64,000 nt of DNA from positions 1-64,000 of IMG/VR virus record IMGVR_UViG_3300017717_002521; one strand, given 5' to 3'. Made by a program: the position numbers and the translations under genes. Positions 20,128-29,028 of the stretch are shown in pieces (the first letter of the stretch is position 1; each line of letters starts with the position of its first letter). The notes beneath the pieces were generated by a model. That model did not search any database. It was not told the DNA's origin and worked only from the letters and a program-made list of their open reading frames with translations. Source of the DNA: a virus.

Positions 20128-20870
20128 AGTTAGTATGGACTTATAGCGATAGATTTAAAAAAGGAAGTTGGAATAAAAATACTTTAGCTTCTCATAAATA
20201 TATACAGTTTTTATTTAAAAAATCTATTAAAGAAGCTCCGAGTTTATACGAAAAGGTAGTATTTACAGACGTATACAATTTTCCTCTTTTTCAAGACTTA
20301 AATGTAAAGCTGATACCAGCTCCTAAAAAAGAATTTATTTTTTTAGACGATTTAAAGTTTGACGCCGCTGAGACTATCGACGGTGAATTTATTATTACCG
20401 ATGGTGATCTTTTTATTAAAAAAGAATTAAAGGTACCCTCTGATTTTAAAATAGGTTTTGAATGTAAACTAGAATGCGAAAATACTTTTAAAATGAAACT
20501 CTTAATGCAAAAAGAGGGTATAGATAATGAATTAAACTATTGGAAAGGAAAAAGTAAATTTATTAATAATTTAGGTTTGATGTACTTTAATGACGATTCT
20601 TTAAAAAATAAACTCATCAAAGAATATAGAAATACTCAATTATTTTTTTCCTCATTTATAGATAAAAAATATAAAATAAATAAAAGGGAAGTTCTATTTG
20701 GCTCAGCCGGGTGTTGTATGTTTACTTATCAATTTTTAGATAGTATAGATATTACTCCTTTTTATTTTTTAGATAATAATTTTAATAACTTTGATCATTT
20801 AGGAGGACCTAGAAAGTTGGAATTATTAGATCAGTTTAGTAACTTAAAAGATACCCGTCCTTTTATATGA
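20124..20870 (+). CDS. Putative GT-A-like protein
   Basis: VFTD, ITDGDLF (DxD), NLGL, FDHL; glycosylation context. Confidence 0.45.
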   Translation: MKLVWTYSDRFKKGSWNKNTLASHKYIQFLFKKSIKEAPSLYEKVVFTDVYNFPLFQDLNVKLIPAPKKEFIFLDDLKFDAAETIDGEFIITDGDLFIKKELKVPSDFKIGFECKLECENTFKMKLLMQKEGIDNELNYWKGKSKFINNLGLMYFNDDSLKNKLIKEYRNTQLFFSSFIDKKYKINKREVLFGSAGCCMFTYQFLDSIDITPFYFLDNNFNNFDHLGGPRKLELLDQFSNLKDTRPFI

Positions 20871-21592
20871 AAGAAGTTACCGTCGTATTAACAAGCTGTG
20901 GTAGATTAGACTTACTAACTAGAACTATAGAAAGTTTTAACAAATTTAATACTTACCCTATAACTAAGTTTTTATTAATAGATGATAGTGGAGATAAAAA
21001 ATTTAAAGAAGAAGCAAATAAAATTTTAAGTTCATTATTAAAAGAGTATGATTATAGTTTAATTTTTAATAAAAAAAGACAAGGTCAAATAAAAAGTATA
21101 GATTATGCTTATAATTTAGTTGAGACCCAGTATATTTTTCACTTGGAGGACGATTGGAAATTTTACCAGTCATATTTCATAGAACATTCATTTAAATTGA
21201 TGGATGTAGACTCTAAATTGATTACAGTCTGGTTAAGAGAACTAAATGATACTATGGATCACCCAGTAGGAAAAGACTATAAGTTTGTTACTTATTTAGA
21301 AGATAATCAACCGCTTTTTGTTAGCAAATTCTTTTATCTCGAAGATTTTAAAGGGTGGTCTGGTTTTACTTTTAATCCTGGACTGCGTAGATATAAAGAT
21401 TATAAAACTATAAGTCCTTTTACTAAACATATATCAGATAAATTAGTTAATATTCCGGAATCTCTTTTAGAAATAGAACTTGCAATAAGTAAAAAATATG
21501 GAGACTTAGGATTCAAAGCTGCTATTTTTGAGAATGGTTATGTAAGACATATAGGATGGGAAAATACTACTAAATTAAAATCAACAATATAA
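20867..21592 (+). CDS. Glycosyltransferase family 2
   Basis: VVLTSCGRLDLL, IDDS, FHLEDDW, FTFNPGLRR, YVRHIG. Confidence 0.8.
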   Translation: MKEVTVVLTSCGRLDLLTRTIESFNKFNTYPITKFLLIDDSGDKKFKEEANKILSSLLKEYDYSLIFNKKRQGQIKSIDYAYNLVETQYIFHLEDDWKFYQSYFIEHSFKLMDVDSKLITVWLRELNDTMDHPVGKDYKFVTYLEDNQPLFVSKFFYLEDFKGWSGFTFNPGLRRYKDYKTISPFTKHISDKLVNIPESLLEIELAISKKYGDLGFKAAIFENGYVRHIGWENTTKLKSTI

Positions 21593-21600
21593 CATTAACA

Positions 21601-22164
21601 ATGTTACATCAGAAAGTTTTATTTAATTCATTAGAGATTGATAAAATACGAGGGTATGTTACTAACTTGCAAGATAGAGTAATCGGTACATACCATCCTG
21701 ATGTTAACGATGCAATTCACGATCCGCAAGGAGGACATAATTTAGCTGAGCATCTACCATGGACTTCAGATATTAAATACGATTGGATTAATAAAAGGAT
21801 AATGGATTGGGTTAATGAGTTAAATTTACCAATCGTAAGTTTAGGATGGGAATTTATTATTCAAAAATATACAAAAGGATTAGAATTTAAGCCGCATATA
21901 GATGATGTACTTTCTAAGGATAAAAAAACCATAAAGAGAGCAAGACATTATACAGTCCTAATACAATTTAGTTCAACAGATGAGTATAAAGGAGGAGAAT
22001 TATGGGTACACGATGAAAATGATATTAAAATAAGTCAAGAAATTGGAAATGTAACTATATTTAGTCAAGGTAAACTACATTGGGTAACTCCTATAACTTT
22101 AGGAGAGCGATGGAGTTGCACTATTTTTATAGAAGCTAATTCACTTAAGAAAAAAACTATATAA
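21601..22164 (+). CDS. 2OG-Fe(II) oxygenase
   Basis: HID, YKGGEL, LHWVTPITLGERWS. Confidence 0.85.
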   Translation: MLHQKVLFNSLEIDKIRGYVTNLQDRVIGTYHPDVNDAIHDPQGGHNLAEHLPWTSDIKYDWINKRIMDWVNELNLPIVSLGWEFIIQKYTKGLEFKPHIDDVLSKDKKTIKRARHYTVLIQFSSTDEYKGGELWVHDENDIKISQEIGNVTIFSQGKLHWVTPITLGERWSCTIFIEANSLKKKTI

Positions 22165-22165
22165 T

Positions 22166-22606
22166 ATGATATACTGGTTTATAGGCCAACCTGGATCTGG
22201 CAAAACAGTTTTAGCTGATAAGTTAAAAGAAGAAGTTTTACCTCACGCTTATAGAATAGATGGCGATGAGATGAGACTGCTATTTGATAACAAAGATTAT
22301 TCTATGAAAGGCAGAATAGCTAATATAGATGCAGCTCAGAAAATAGCACTTTATTTACATAATCAAGGCAAAGACGTTATTGTATCATTAGTAACTCCTT
22401 ATTTAGACCAAAGAGAAGAGTTTAAAGACGGTAAATGGTTTATGTGGGAGTTTTACTGTTATTATGATAAAAGCTATAAAACTAGAGGAAGAGAACATTA
22501 TCACGTTTTAAATTTTCAAAAACCTATAATAGATTATTTAGAAGTAGATACTACTTTAGACAGCGAAGATGAATCATTAAAAAAAATAAAAAAATATATT
22601 GGATAA
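22166..22606 (+). CDS. cysC: Adenylylsulfate (APS) kinase-like protein
   Basis: WFIGQPGSGKT, IDGDEMR, DYSMKGRIAN, VSLVTPY. Confidence 0.8.
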   Translation: MIYWFIGQPGSGKTVLADKLKEEVLPHAYRIDGDEMRLLFDNKDYSMKGRIANIDAAQKIALYLHNQGKDVIVSLVTPYLDQREEFKDGKWFMWEFYCYYDKSYKTRGREHYHVLNFQKPIIDYLEVDTTLDSEDESLKKIKKYIG

Positions 22607-22937
22607 GAAAAACACATACTTCGTTGATATTGACGGAACGATATTTATATATAGAAAGTTTGAAACCTATGAAACTTCTGAAGCCCAGGTTATTAAGAGT
22701 ACTAAACAGTACTTACAGCAGGTTAATGACGAAGGTCATATGATTATACTTACTACAGCTCGTCCGGAATATTTAAGAGAGCATACTGAACATGAATTAG
22801 CTAAAAATGGTGTACCTTACCACAAATTAATAATGCAAATTGAAAGAGGACCTAGATATCTTATAAATGATATGGACCCTAAAAAACCTGGCGATCGAGC
22901 AATTGCAATAAATGTAAAAAGAGATGAAGGCATATAG
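22599..22937 (+). CDS. HAD-superfamily phosphatase-like protein
   Basis: FVDIDGTI, LTTAR, LIND. Confidence 0.75.
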   Translation: MDKKNTYFVDIDGTIFIYRKFETYETSEAQVIKSTKQYLQQVNDEGHMIILTTARPEYLREHTEHELAKNGVPYHKLIMQIERGPRYLINDMDPKKPGDRAIAINVKRDEGI

Positions 22938-23289
22938 TTTATTTATAGGAAGGTGGCAACCATGGCATGAAGGCCATAGATGGTTGATCGACCAAAGATT
23001 AAAAGAAGGTAAGAACGTATGGGTAGCTATTAGAGATGTAGAACCTAACGAAAAACAGCCTTGGACTCCTCATGAAGTTCTTATGAACCTATCTGAAGAG
23101 TTAAAAGACCTTTTAGAAGAAGGTAGAATAAAAATCACAATAGTACCAGATATCGAATCTATTAATTACGGTAGAGGTGTGGGTTATGAAGTTATAGAGC
23201 ATGTACCCCCTCAAGATATAAAAGAAATATCTGCTACTAAAATTAGAGAACAGATGAGAAAAAATGGCACAATTATTAACAGAGAATAA
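22924..23289 (+). CDS. HxGH nucleotidyltransferase domain protein
   Basis: IGRWQPWHEGH, YGRGVGY, ISATKIR. Confidence 0.75.
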   Translation: MKAYSLFIGRWQPWHEGHRWLIDQRLKEGKNVWVAIRDVEPNEKQPWTPHEVLMNLSEELKDLLEEGRIKITIVPDIESINYGRGVGYEVIEHVPPQDIKEISATKIREQMRKNGTIINRE

Positions 23290-23792
23290 TGATAGGTACT
23301 TTTGATAAATTTATTTTGTCTGAACCTGAATGTAGAAAAATTAAAAATCTTTATGAATCTAAAATTTTTTTACAGGAGAGTAATATTAGAAAGCAAAAAA
23401 ACTATCATGAAATAGATACTAATTCATGGCTATATAACTTAATAGATGATTTTATTAAAAAAAATATAGGTAAAAAGTATTCTCTATTAGAAAGAGTTAC
23501 TATATTGAAGTATGAACAAGGGGACTTTTTTTTAAAACATACGGACGGTATATGGAATAATACTCTATCCAAAGAACTTCCATTTCATTTTTACGGGGGT
23601 GTAGAATTAAGTGAGAAAAAAGAGTTTGAAGGTGGAGAATTTTTTATAAAAGACAAAAAAGTAGACTATCTTAAAGGTAGATTATATACTCACGGTTTTG
23701 ATGATTCTCATGGAGTAGAAGAAGTAAAAAAAGGTAAAAGATGGAGCTTACATTTTTTAATCACTGACTATAAAACTAAGCATTTAATTTAA
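23289..23792 (+). CDS. 2OG-Fe(II) oxygenase
   Basis: HTD, FEGGEF, HGVEEVKKGKRWS. Confidence 0.85.
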   Translation: MIGTFDKFILSEPECRKIKNLYESKIFLQESNIRKQKNYHEIDTNSWLYNLIDDFIKKNIGKKYSLLERVTILKYEQGDFFLKHTDGIWNNTLSKELPFHFYGGVELSEKKEFEGGEFFIKDKKVDYLKGRLYTHGFDDSHGVEEVKKGKRWSLHFLITDYKTKHLI

Positions 23793-23796
23793 TAAT

Positions 23797-23988
23797 ATGA
23801 GTAGTATAAAAAAAACGTTAGTAAAAACTTTTATATGGAGAATTATAGCTACTTCAATTACTATATTTACAGGATGGGCAGTTTCAGGTGATTGGAAATT
23901 TGGATTAGCAGTAGGAAGTATAGACACGGTATTAAAAACCATAGGATACTTCAGTTACGAAAGAATCTGGATAAAATTTTACAAATGA
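23797..23988 (+). CDS. DUF2061-like small membrane protein
   Basis: KTLVKTFIWRIIA...KTIGYFSYERIW. Confidence 0.7.
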   Translation: MSSIKKTLVKTFIWRIIATSITIFTGWAVSGDWKFGLAVGSIDTVLKTIGYFSYERIWIKFYK

Positions 23989-25625
23989 TTAAATTAGGGA
24001 TATCAGCTTTTTACCACGACTCGGCTGCTGCACTAATTATAGATAATAAAGTAGTAGCTGCTGCAGAAGAAGAGAGATTTACAGGGATTAAACATGATAG
24101 TAGTTTTCCTAAAAATGCTATACGATATGTACTTTCAGAAGCTGGTAAAACTATTTATGATATAAATGAGGTATATTGGTATGAAAATCCAGAAAAAAAA
24201 GATAGCAGAGTCCGCACTACGTTTGCTAAAAAACCCTTCAAAACGTTTTTTCTTAACAGGAAGTATAAAAAATTCAAAAAGTCCCAAAATCCGAAAGATA
24301 TTCTCGAATCTATGGGCTACACCGGCAAAATCTATTTTAACGATCATCATGATAGTCACGCTGCTTACTCTTATTACACTAGTGATTATAGTAATTCAGC
24401 AATACTCACTGTCGACGGTGTTGGAGAGTGGGAAACAACTACTATCTCCCACGGTAGAGGTAATAAAATAGAGAAAAAAATATCTATAGATTTTCCTAAC
24501 TCTTTAGGAATGCTATATTCAACTATTACTGCATATTTAGGATTTAAACCTAATGAAGGTGAATATAAAGTAATGGGACTTGCTCCATACGGTGATAGTA
24601 GAGTATATTTTACTGAATTATTATCTGTGTTTGAAAATACTTCTAACAAATTTACTATAAATCAAAAATACTTTACCTGGGAATATTCAGATAAGATAAT
24701 GTTTAACAGACGTTTATGCAAATTACTTAATTTACCCCCTAGACTCCCTGAAGAAAAAGTTACTCAAGATCATAAAAATTTAGCTGCAGCTTTACAAAAA
24801 CTTTACGAATATCAATTTTTAAAGTTAGTAAAAACAGCTAAAAATATTACAGGTTCTGATAACTTATGCATATCAGGAGGTTGTGCTTATAATGGTAAAG
24901 CTAACAGTTTAGCATATAAGTTTTTTAAGTCAATTTATATACCTTTTGCTCCTTCAGATGCAGGGTCAGCAATAGGAGCTTGTTTAAATAGTAAAATAAA
25001 AATTGATCCATACTTAGGACCTGAATTTTCAGATAAAGTTGTTAAGAGTGTAGTTAATAAGTATAAACCAAATCTTTATATTTTTAAACTTAATGAAAAT
25101 GCTCTTATTAATAAGGTTGCTAAATTAATAAATGGTGGGAATATAATTGCATGGTTCCAAGGCAGGATGGAGGTCGGAGCAAGAGCTTTAGGCAATAGAA
25201 GTATACTAGCTAACCCTAGAGATCCATCAATGAGAGAAAAATTAAATTTAGTTATAAAGAAAAGAGAAGGATTTCGACCCTTTGCCCCTGCTATTACTGA
25301 AGAAAGATTTTATCAATTTTTTGATTCTGAAGAGATATCACCATATATGTCTAAAGTAATGAAAAGTAAAACTAAACTTATTCCTTCGGCTACCCATATA
25401 GATAATACATGTAGAGTTCAGACAGTTTCAAAAAAGCAAAACGAAAAATTTCATAAACTTATTACTCAAATTGGAAGTCAATCAGGAATACCTGTAGTTT
25501 TAAATACATCATTTAATCTTAAAGATCAGACTATAACATTAACTCCTGAACAAGCTATTAAGAGATATTTAAATTCAAATATAGACTTTTTAGTAATCAA
25601 TAACTTTTTAATACAAAAAAAATGA
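23985..25625 (+). CDS. Carbamoyltransferase (NodU family), second copy
   Basis: True start likely 23985 (MIKLGISAFYHDSAAA); EEERF, HHDSHA, DGVGE, GEYKVMGLAPYG, GARALGNRSIL, LNTSFN. Confidence 0.92.
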   Translation: MIKLGISAFYHDSAAALIIDNKVVAAAEEERFTGIKHDSSFPKNAIRYVLSEAGKTIYDINEVYWYENPEKKDSRVRTTFAKKPFKTFFLNRKYKKFKKSQNPKDILESMGYTGKIYFNDHHDSHAAYSYYTSDYSNSAILTVDGVGEWETTTISHGRGNKIEKKISIDFPNSLGMLYSTITAYLGFKPNEGEYKVMGLAPYGDSRVYFTELLSVFENTSNKFTINQKYFTWEYSDKIMFNRRLCKLLNLPPRLPEEKVTQDHKNLAAALQKLYEYQFLKLVKTAKNITGSDNLCISGGCAYNGKANSLAYKFFKSIYIPFAPSDAGSAIGACLNSKIKIDPYLGPEFSDKVVKSVVNKYKPNLYIFKLNENALINKVAKLINGGNIIAWFQGRMEVGARALGNRSILANPRDPSMREKLNLVIKKREGFRPFAPAITEERFYQFFDSEEISPYMSKVMKSKTKLIPSATHIDNTCRVQTVSKKQNEKFHKLITQIGSQSGIPVVLNTSFNLKDQTITLTPEQAIKRYLNSNIDFLVINNFLIQKK

Positions 25626-25738
25626 AAATAATAAAATGGATAAAGTCTAAAATTGCTGAATATAAAAGAAATAAAATATATAAAAAAAAGCTAGCTGAAT
25701 TAAAAAAGAGAGATCCTTTTACTTATAAAAATTTTTAA
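25622..25738 (+). CDS. 38-aa basic peptide (not in ORF track)
   Basis: ATGA overlap with the carbamoyltransferase stop; ends KKRDPFTYKNF; fills the gap to thyA. Confidence 0.55.
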   Translation: MKIIKWIKSKIAEYKRNKIYKKKLAELKKRDPFTYKNF

Positions 25739-25740
25739 GT

Positions 25741-26535
25741 ATGAATAGCTTAGATAATGATTATCAGAAACTTCTTAGAAGAGTTCTTGCTGTGGGTGTA
25801 AATAAAACCGATAGAACAGGCACTGGTACTAAATCTATATTCGGATCATCAATCAGACATGATATGTCAGAAGGCTTTCCTATCTTAACCACTAAGAAGG
25901 TTGCTTTCAAGACTATGGTTACTGAGTTAAAATGGTTCCTTAGAGGAGATACTAATATAAAGTACCTTCAAGATAACAATTGCAAGATATGGGATGGTGA
26001 TTACGAAAAGTCTGGTAGAACAGATGGAGATTTAGGACCTATCTACGGTAAGCAATGGAGAGATATAAACGGTATTGATCAGCTAGAGAACCTTATTACA
26101 GGTATTATTAGTAATCCAGATGGTAGAAGACATTTAGTTGATAGTTGGAATGTAGAAGATTTAGATAAGATGACTCTTCCTCCTTGCCATTATTCATTCC
26201 AATGTTATGTAGCAGATGGTAAGCTCTCTCTTATGTGGAATCAAAGAAGTGCTGACCTATTCTTAGGAGTACCGTTTAATATTAGTAGTTACGGTCTGTT
26301 ACTGTTATTACTATGTAAAGAGACTAGATTAGAGCCTGGAGAGTTGATAGGAAACTTTGGTGATGTTCATCTATATTCTAATCATTTAGATCAAGCAGAG
26401 GAACAAATAGGTAGATATTCTTACGACCTTCCGGAAGCTAAGCTTAGTTGCTATGATATATATAGAGGAGATTTCGATGTAGAACTTATTAATTATGAAT
26501 CTCACCCTATAATCAAAGCATCTTTATCAAATTAA
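25741..26535 (+). CDS. thyA: Thymidylate synthase
   Basis: DRTGTGT, GPIYGKQWR, LPPCH, QRSADLFLGVPFN, HLYSNH. Confidence 0.96.
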   Translation: MNSLDNDYQKLLRRVLAVGVNKTDRTGTGTKSIFGSSIRHDMSEGFPILTTKKVAFKTMVTELKWFLRGDTNIKYLQDNNCKIWDGDYEKSGRTDGDLGPIYGKQWRDINGIDQLENLITGIISNPDGRRHLVDSWNVEDLDKMTLPPCHYSFQCYVADGKLSLMWNQRSADLFLGVPFNISSYGLLLLLLCKETRLEPGELIGNFGDVHLYSNHLDQAEEQIGRYSYDLPEAKLSCYDIYRGDFDVELINYESHPIIKASLSN

Positions 26536-26536
26536 A

Positions 26537-26569
26537 AGTTGGCTATTAAAATATTTTTTATTATATTTA
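26537..26569 (+). promoter_or_regulatory. -33/-7 promoter (AGTTGG-N19-TATATTTA) of the queD-queE operon
   Basis: Recurrent motif immediately upstream of a riboswitch-like element. Confidence 0.7.
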
Positions 26570-26582
26570 TTAATATGACTAT

Positions 26583-26611
26583 AGTGTCGTAGCACCACTT
26601 TAAAAACACGA
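26583..26611 (+). ncRNA. preQ1-I-like riboswitch candidate
   Basis: P1 AGUG/CACU, loop UCGUAGCAC, tail UUAAAAACACGA; between promoter and ATG of the operon carrying queD and queE. Confidence 0.7.
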
Positions 26612-26614
26612 AAA

Positions 26615-26893
26615 ATGGTAAATTTAAATTTAAAAGAAATCGAGGATGACCTCTATGACGTTGATTCTCGCAAATTAAGGAACGAAGAGTATCTCTACAG
26701 TAGACGTTCTAAAGCTAAAAGTCCTTCACAACCTACAAATCACCCAGATGCTAAAAAGCATCAAATAGTATCTTTTATTAAGTCTGGAGTTAGAATAGCA
26801 GGGTACGTATTATTAGCTGCCGATATGTTGGTAGCCTGCGCAGTAGTTCTTATATTATCAGAAGTAGTAGGTATCTACGAAGAACTGGTATAA
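26615..26893 (+). CDS. Small membrane protein heading the queD-queE operon
   Basis: C-terminal hydrophobic hairpin HQIVSFIKSGVRI...SEVVGIYEELV; coupled to queD. Confidence 0.6.
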   Translation: MVNLNLKEIEDDLYDVDSRKLRNEEYLYSRRSKAKSPSQPTNHPDAKKHQIVSFIKSGVRIAGYVLLAADMLVACAVVLILSEVVGIYEELV

Positions 26894-27360
26894 TGGGAAA
26901 ATTTACATCAACGAAAGTATTTGACGGTTTCTCGACTGTATTCCGTCAATGGAAAGCCGAAACTACTCACTGTAGGTATTTACATGGGTATGGTATATCA
27001 TTTAAATTATGGTTTGAAGGAGATTTGGATGAACGTAACTGGGTATGGGACTTCGGAGGTATGAAAAGAGCTAAAGGTACTATAGACGGTATGTCTCCTA
27101 AAGCATGGTTTGATTACATGTTTGATCATACTTTTGTAGTAGCCGAAGATGATCCTTTTAAAGAATCTTTTCTTAAAATGAATGAAGCAGGTGTAGCTCA
27201 AGTAAGAATAGTACCTGCTACAGGAGCTGAAAGATTTTCTCAATTTATTTACGATAAAGTAAATCCCTTTATAAAAGAAGAAACTCAAGGTAGAGTAAAA
27301 ATATCAAAAGTAGAATTTAGAGAACACGGTAAAAACTCAGCAATATATGAGCCTAGGTAG
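26893..27360 (+). CDS. queD: 6-carboxytetrahydropterin synthase
   Basis: HCRYLHGY, WVWDFG, FDH, GAE, EHGKNSA. Confidence 0.92.
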   Translation: MGKFTSTKVFDGFSTVFRQWKAETTHCRYLHGYGISFKLWFEGDLDERNWVWDFGGMKRAKGTIDGMSPKAWFDYMFDHTFVVAEDDPFKESFLKMNEAGVAQVRIVPATGAERFSQFIYDKVNPFIKEETQGRVKISKVEFREHGKNSAIYEPR

Positions 27361-28123
27361 AATAGAAGACTACAATAAAAATTTACCAATAGTAGAAGTA
27401 TATACTGCAGTACAATCGGAAGGTTCAAGACAAGGTTTTCCTACTATTGTTATTAGAACTACTGGTTGCACTCATAGGTGTTACTTCGGTGAAGGTGGCT
27501 GGTGTGATAGCTGGTATACAAGTATTCATCCAGAAAAAGGTAAGTTTAATTTTAATGACATTATTAAAGCATATGATGATAATCCTCATATATCAGAAAT
27601 GATGTTAACTGGTGGTTCTCCTACTATGCATGGTAAACTTGTAAATGAACTTACACATTTTGCTAATGAAAGAGATATCTTTATTACAATAGAGAATGAA
27701 GGTAGTCATTTTTTACCTACTGACTATCCTATAGATTTACTTTCTATTAGTCCTAAGTTTAGTAACTCTATTCCTCAACTAGGAGTAGAAACTCCTCAAG
27801 GTAAGATTGTAGATGAAAAAATGATTAAACAGCATAATAAGTTTAGACTTAATAAAGATGCTATAAAAAAGTCAATAGAGTATCATAAGGATTATCATAT
27901 TAAACCTGTATTAGATAAAGATTTAAGGATTTATGGTGAAGTTTATAAATTCTTAGAAGAGTTAGAGATACCTAATGAAAAAGTTTGGTGTATGCCTGCA
28001 GGTGATGATAGAGAATCTTTAATGGAAAGCTACCCAGTTGTTATGGACTTTGTTAGAGATAAAGGATATAGATTTACTGGTAGAGCACATATTATGGCGT
28101 TTAATACTGAAAGAGAAGTATAA
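27347..28123 (+). CDS. queE: 7-carboxy-7-deazaguanine synthase (radical SAM)
   Basis: VQSEG, IRTTGCTHRC...WCDS, LTGGSP, SISPK; adjacent to queD. Confidence 0.92.
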   Translation: MSLGRIEDYNKNLPIVEVYTAVQSEGSRQGFPTIVIRTTGCTHRCYFGEGGWCDSWYTSIHPEKGKFNFNDIIKAYDDNPHISEMMLTGGSPTMHGKLVNELTHFANERDIFITIENEGSHFLPTDYPIDLLSISPKFSNSIPQLGVETPQGKIVDEKMIKQHNKFRLNKDAIKKSIEYHKDYHIKPVLDKDLRIYGEVYKFLEELEIPNEKVWCMPAGDDRESLMESYPVVMDFVRDKGYRFTGRAHIMAFNTEREV

Positions 28124-28271
28124 ATGGAAGATACGTGGAACGAAATAGAAGAGCATCTATCAGTTATACACGGTAATTTAGGTATATGCTGTCAGGAGTA
28201 TTGCGATGCCCCTAATGCAATATACAGTTTAGAAAAATTAACAGAATTATTAATAAAAATTAGAGAAAAAG

Positions 28272-28484
28272 ATGGCACAATACACGGTGATTAAAATGCT
28301 TAAGAAGGAATTCGAAGCAAACAGAGAAAAAGCTTTACTCACACTAGAGTTACTAACTCAACATCCTGCTGGTATTGGTGATCACTCTACAGAGGATTTC
28401 TATAAAAATGCAACTGAAGCTATTGTAGCTTTGGCCGAGGCTGAAGACGTATTAGAGACCATAGAAAGACATTTTGCAGAATGA
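28272..28484 (+). CDS. Hypothetical phage protein
   Basis: 70-aa helical ORF with PAGIGDHS motif. Confidence 0.55.
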   Translation: MAQYTVIKMLKKEFEANREKALLTLELLTQHPAGIGDHSTEDFYKNATEAIVALAEAEDVLETIERHFAE

Positions 28485-28723
28485 AACTACCAGTAATAAG
28501 AAAATTAAGTGAGTTCTCGTTAACTGAAATCAATAACTCAATTAAGTTATTAGAATCTATAACAGATTCAAGAGGAATTACTGAAAATGAGCTTGATGCA
28601 TTAGGAGAAATTTTATCTAATCTTTATGGAGCTCAAAACGTAAGAGAGTCTGTAATGAGAGGTTTAAAAAGAACTGATGCATTAAATAATTTTATGAAAC
28701 GTGTAACATCAGTAGGTAAATGA
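28481..28723 (+). CDS. Bacteroidota-type small protein (DUF6952-like)
   Basis: MKLPVIR...ELDALGEILSNLYGA...ALNNFMKRV. Confidence 0.6.
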   Translation: MKLPVIRKLSEFSLTEINNSIKLLESITDSRGITENELDALGEILSNLYGAQNVRESVMRGLKRTDALNNFMKRVTSVGK

Positions 28724-29028
28724 GTTATATTATAGGTAAACCATGTGAAGCAACTTGTGATACTGCCTGTGTAGCAGTTTGCCCAGTTAACTGTATACAT
28801 GGTCCTATAGATATTGATGGAGCAGGTCAAGAAGTATCAGGTATGGAAATAGGTCCTACCGATATGCTTTACATCAATCCAGACGAATGTATTGACTGTG
28901 GAGCTTGTTTGCCGGAATGTCCAGTTGAAGCTATTTATGATAGTGAAGAAGAGGCTATTGAAAAAGATGGTACTGACACATACGTAAAGAGAAATTATAA
29001 CTTTTTTGGCTTACAATATAATGTATAA
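28720..29028 (+). CDS. Dicluster Fe-S ferredoxin
   Basis: CDTACVAVCPVNCI and LYINPDECIDCGACLPECPVEAI. Confidence 0.92.
   Translation: MSYIIGKPCEATCDTACVAVCPVNCIHGPIDIDGAGQEVSGMEIGPTDMLYINPDECIDCGACLPECPVEAIYDSEEEAIEKDGTDTYVKRNYNFFGLQYNV

Noticed and set aside
23892-23984. N-terminal extension of the second carbamoyltransferase
   Set aside because: Overlaps the DUF2061-like gene; the family-typical N-terminus starts at ATG 23985
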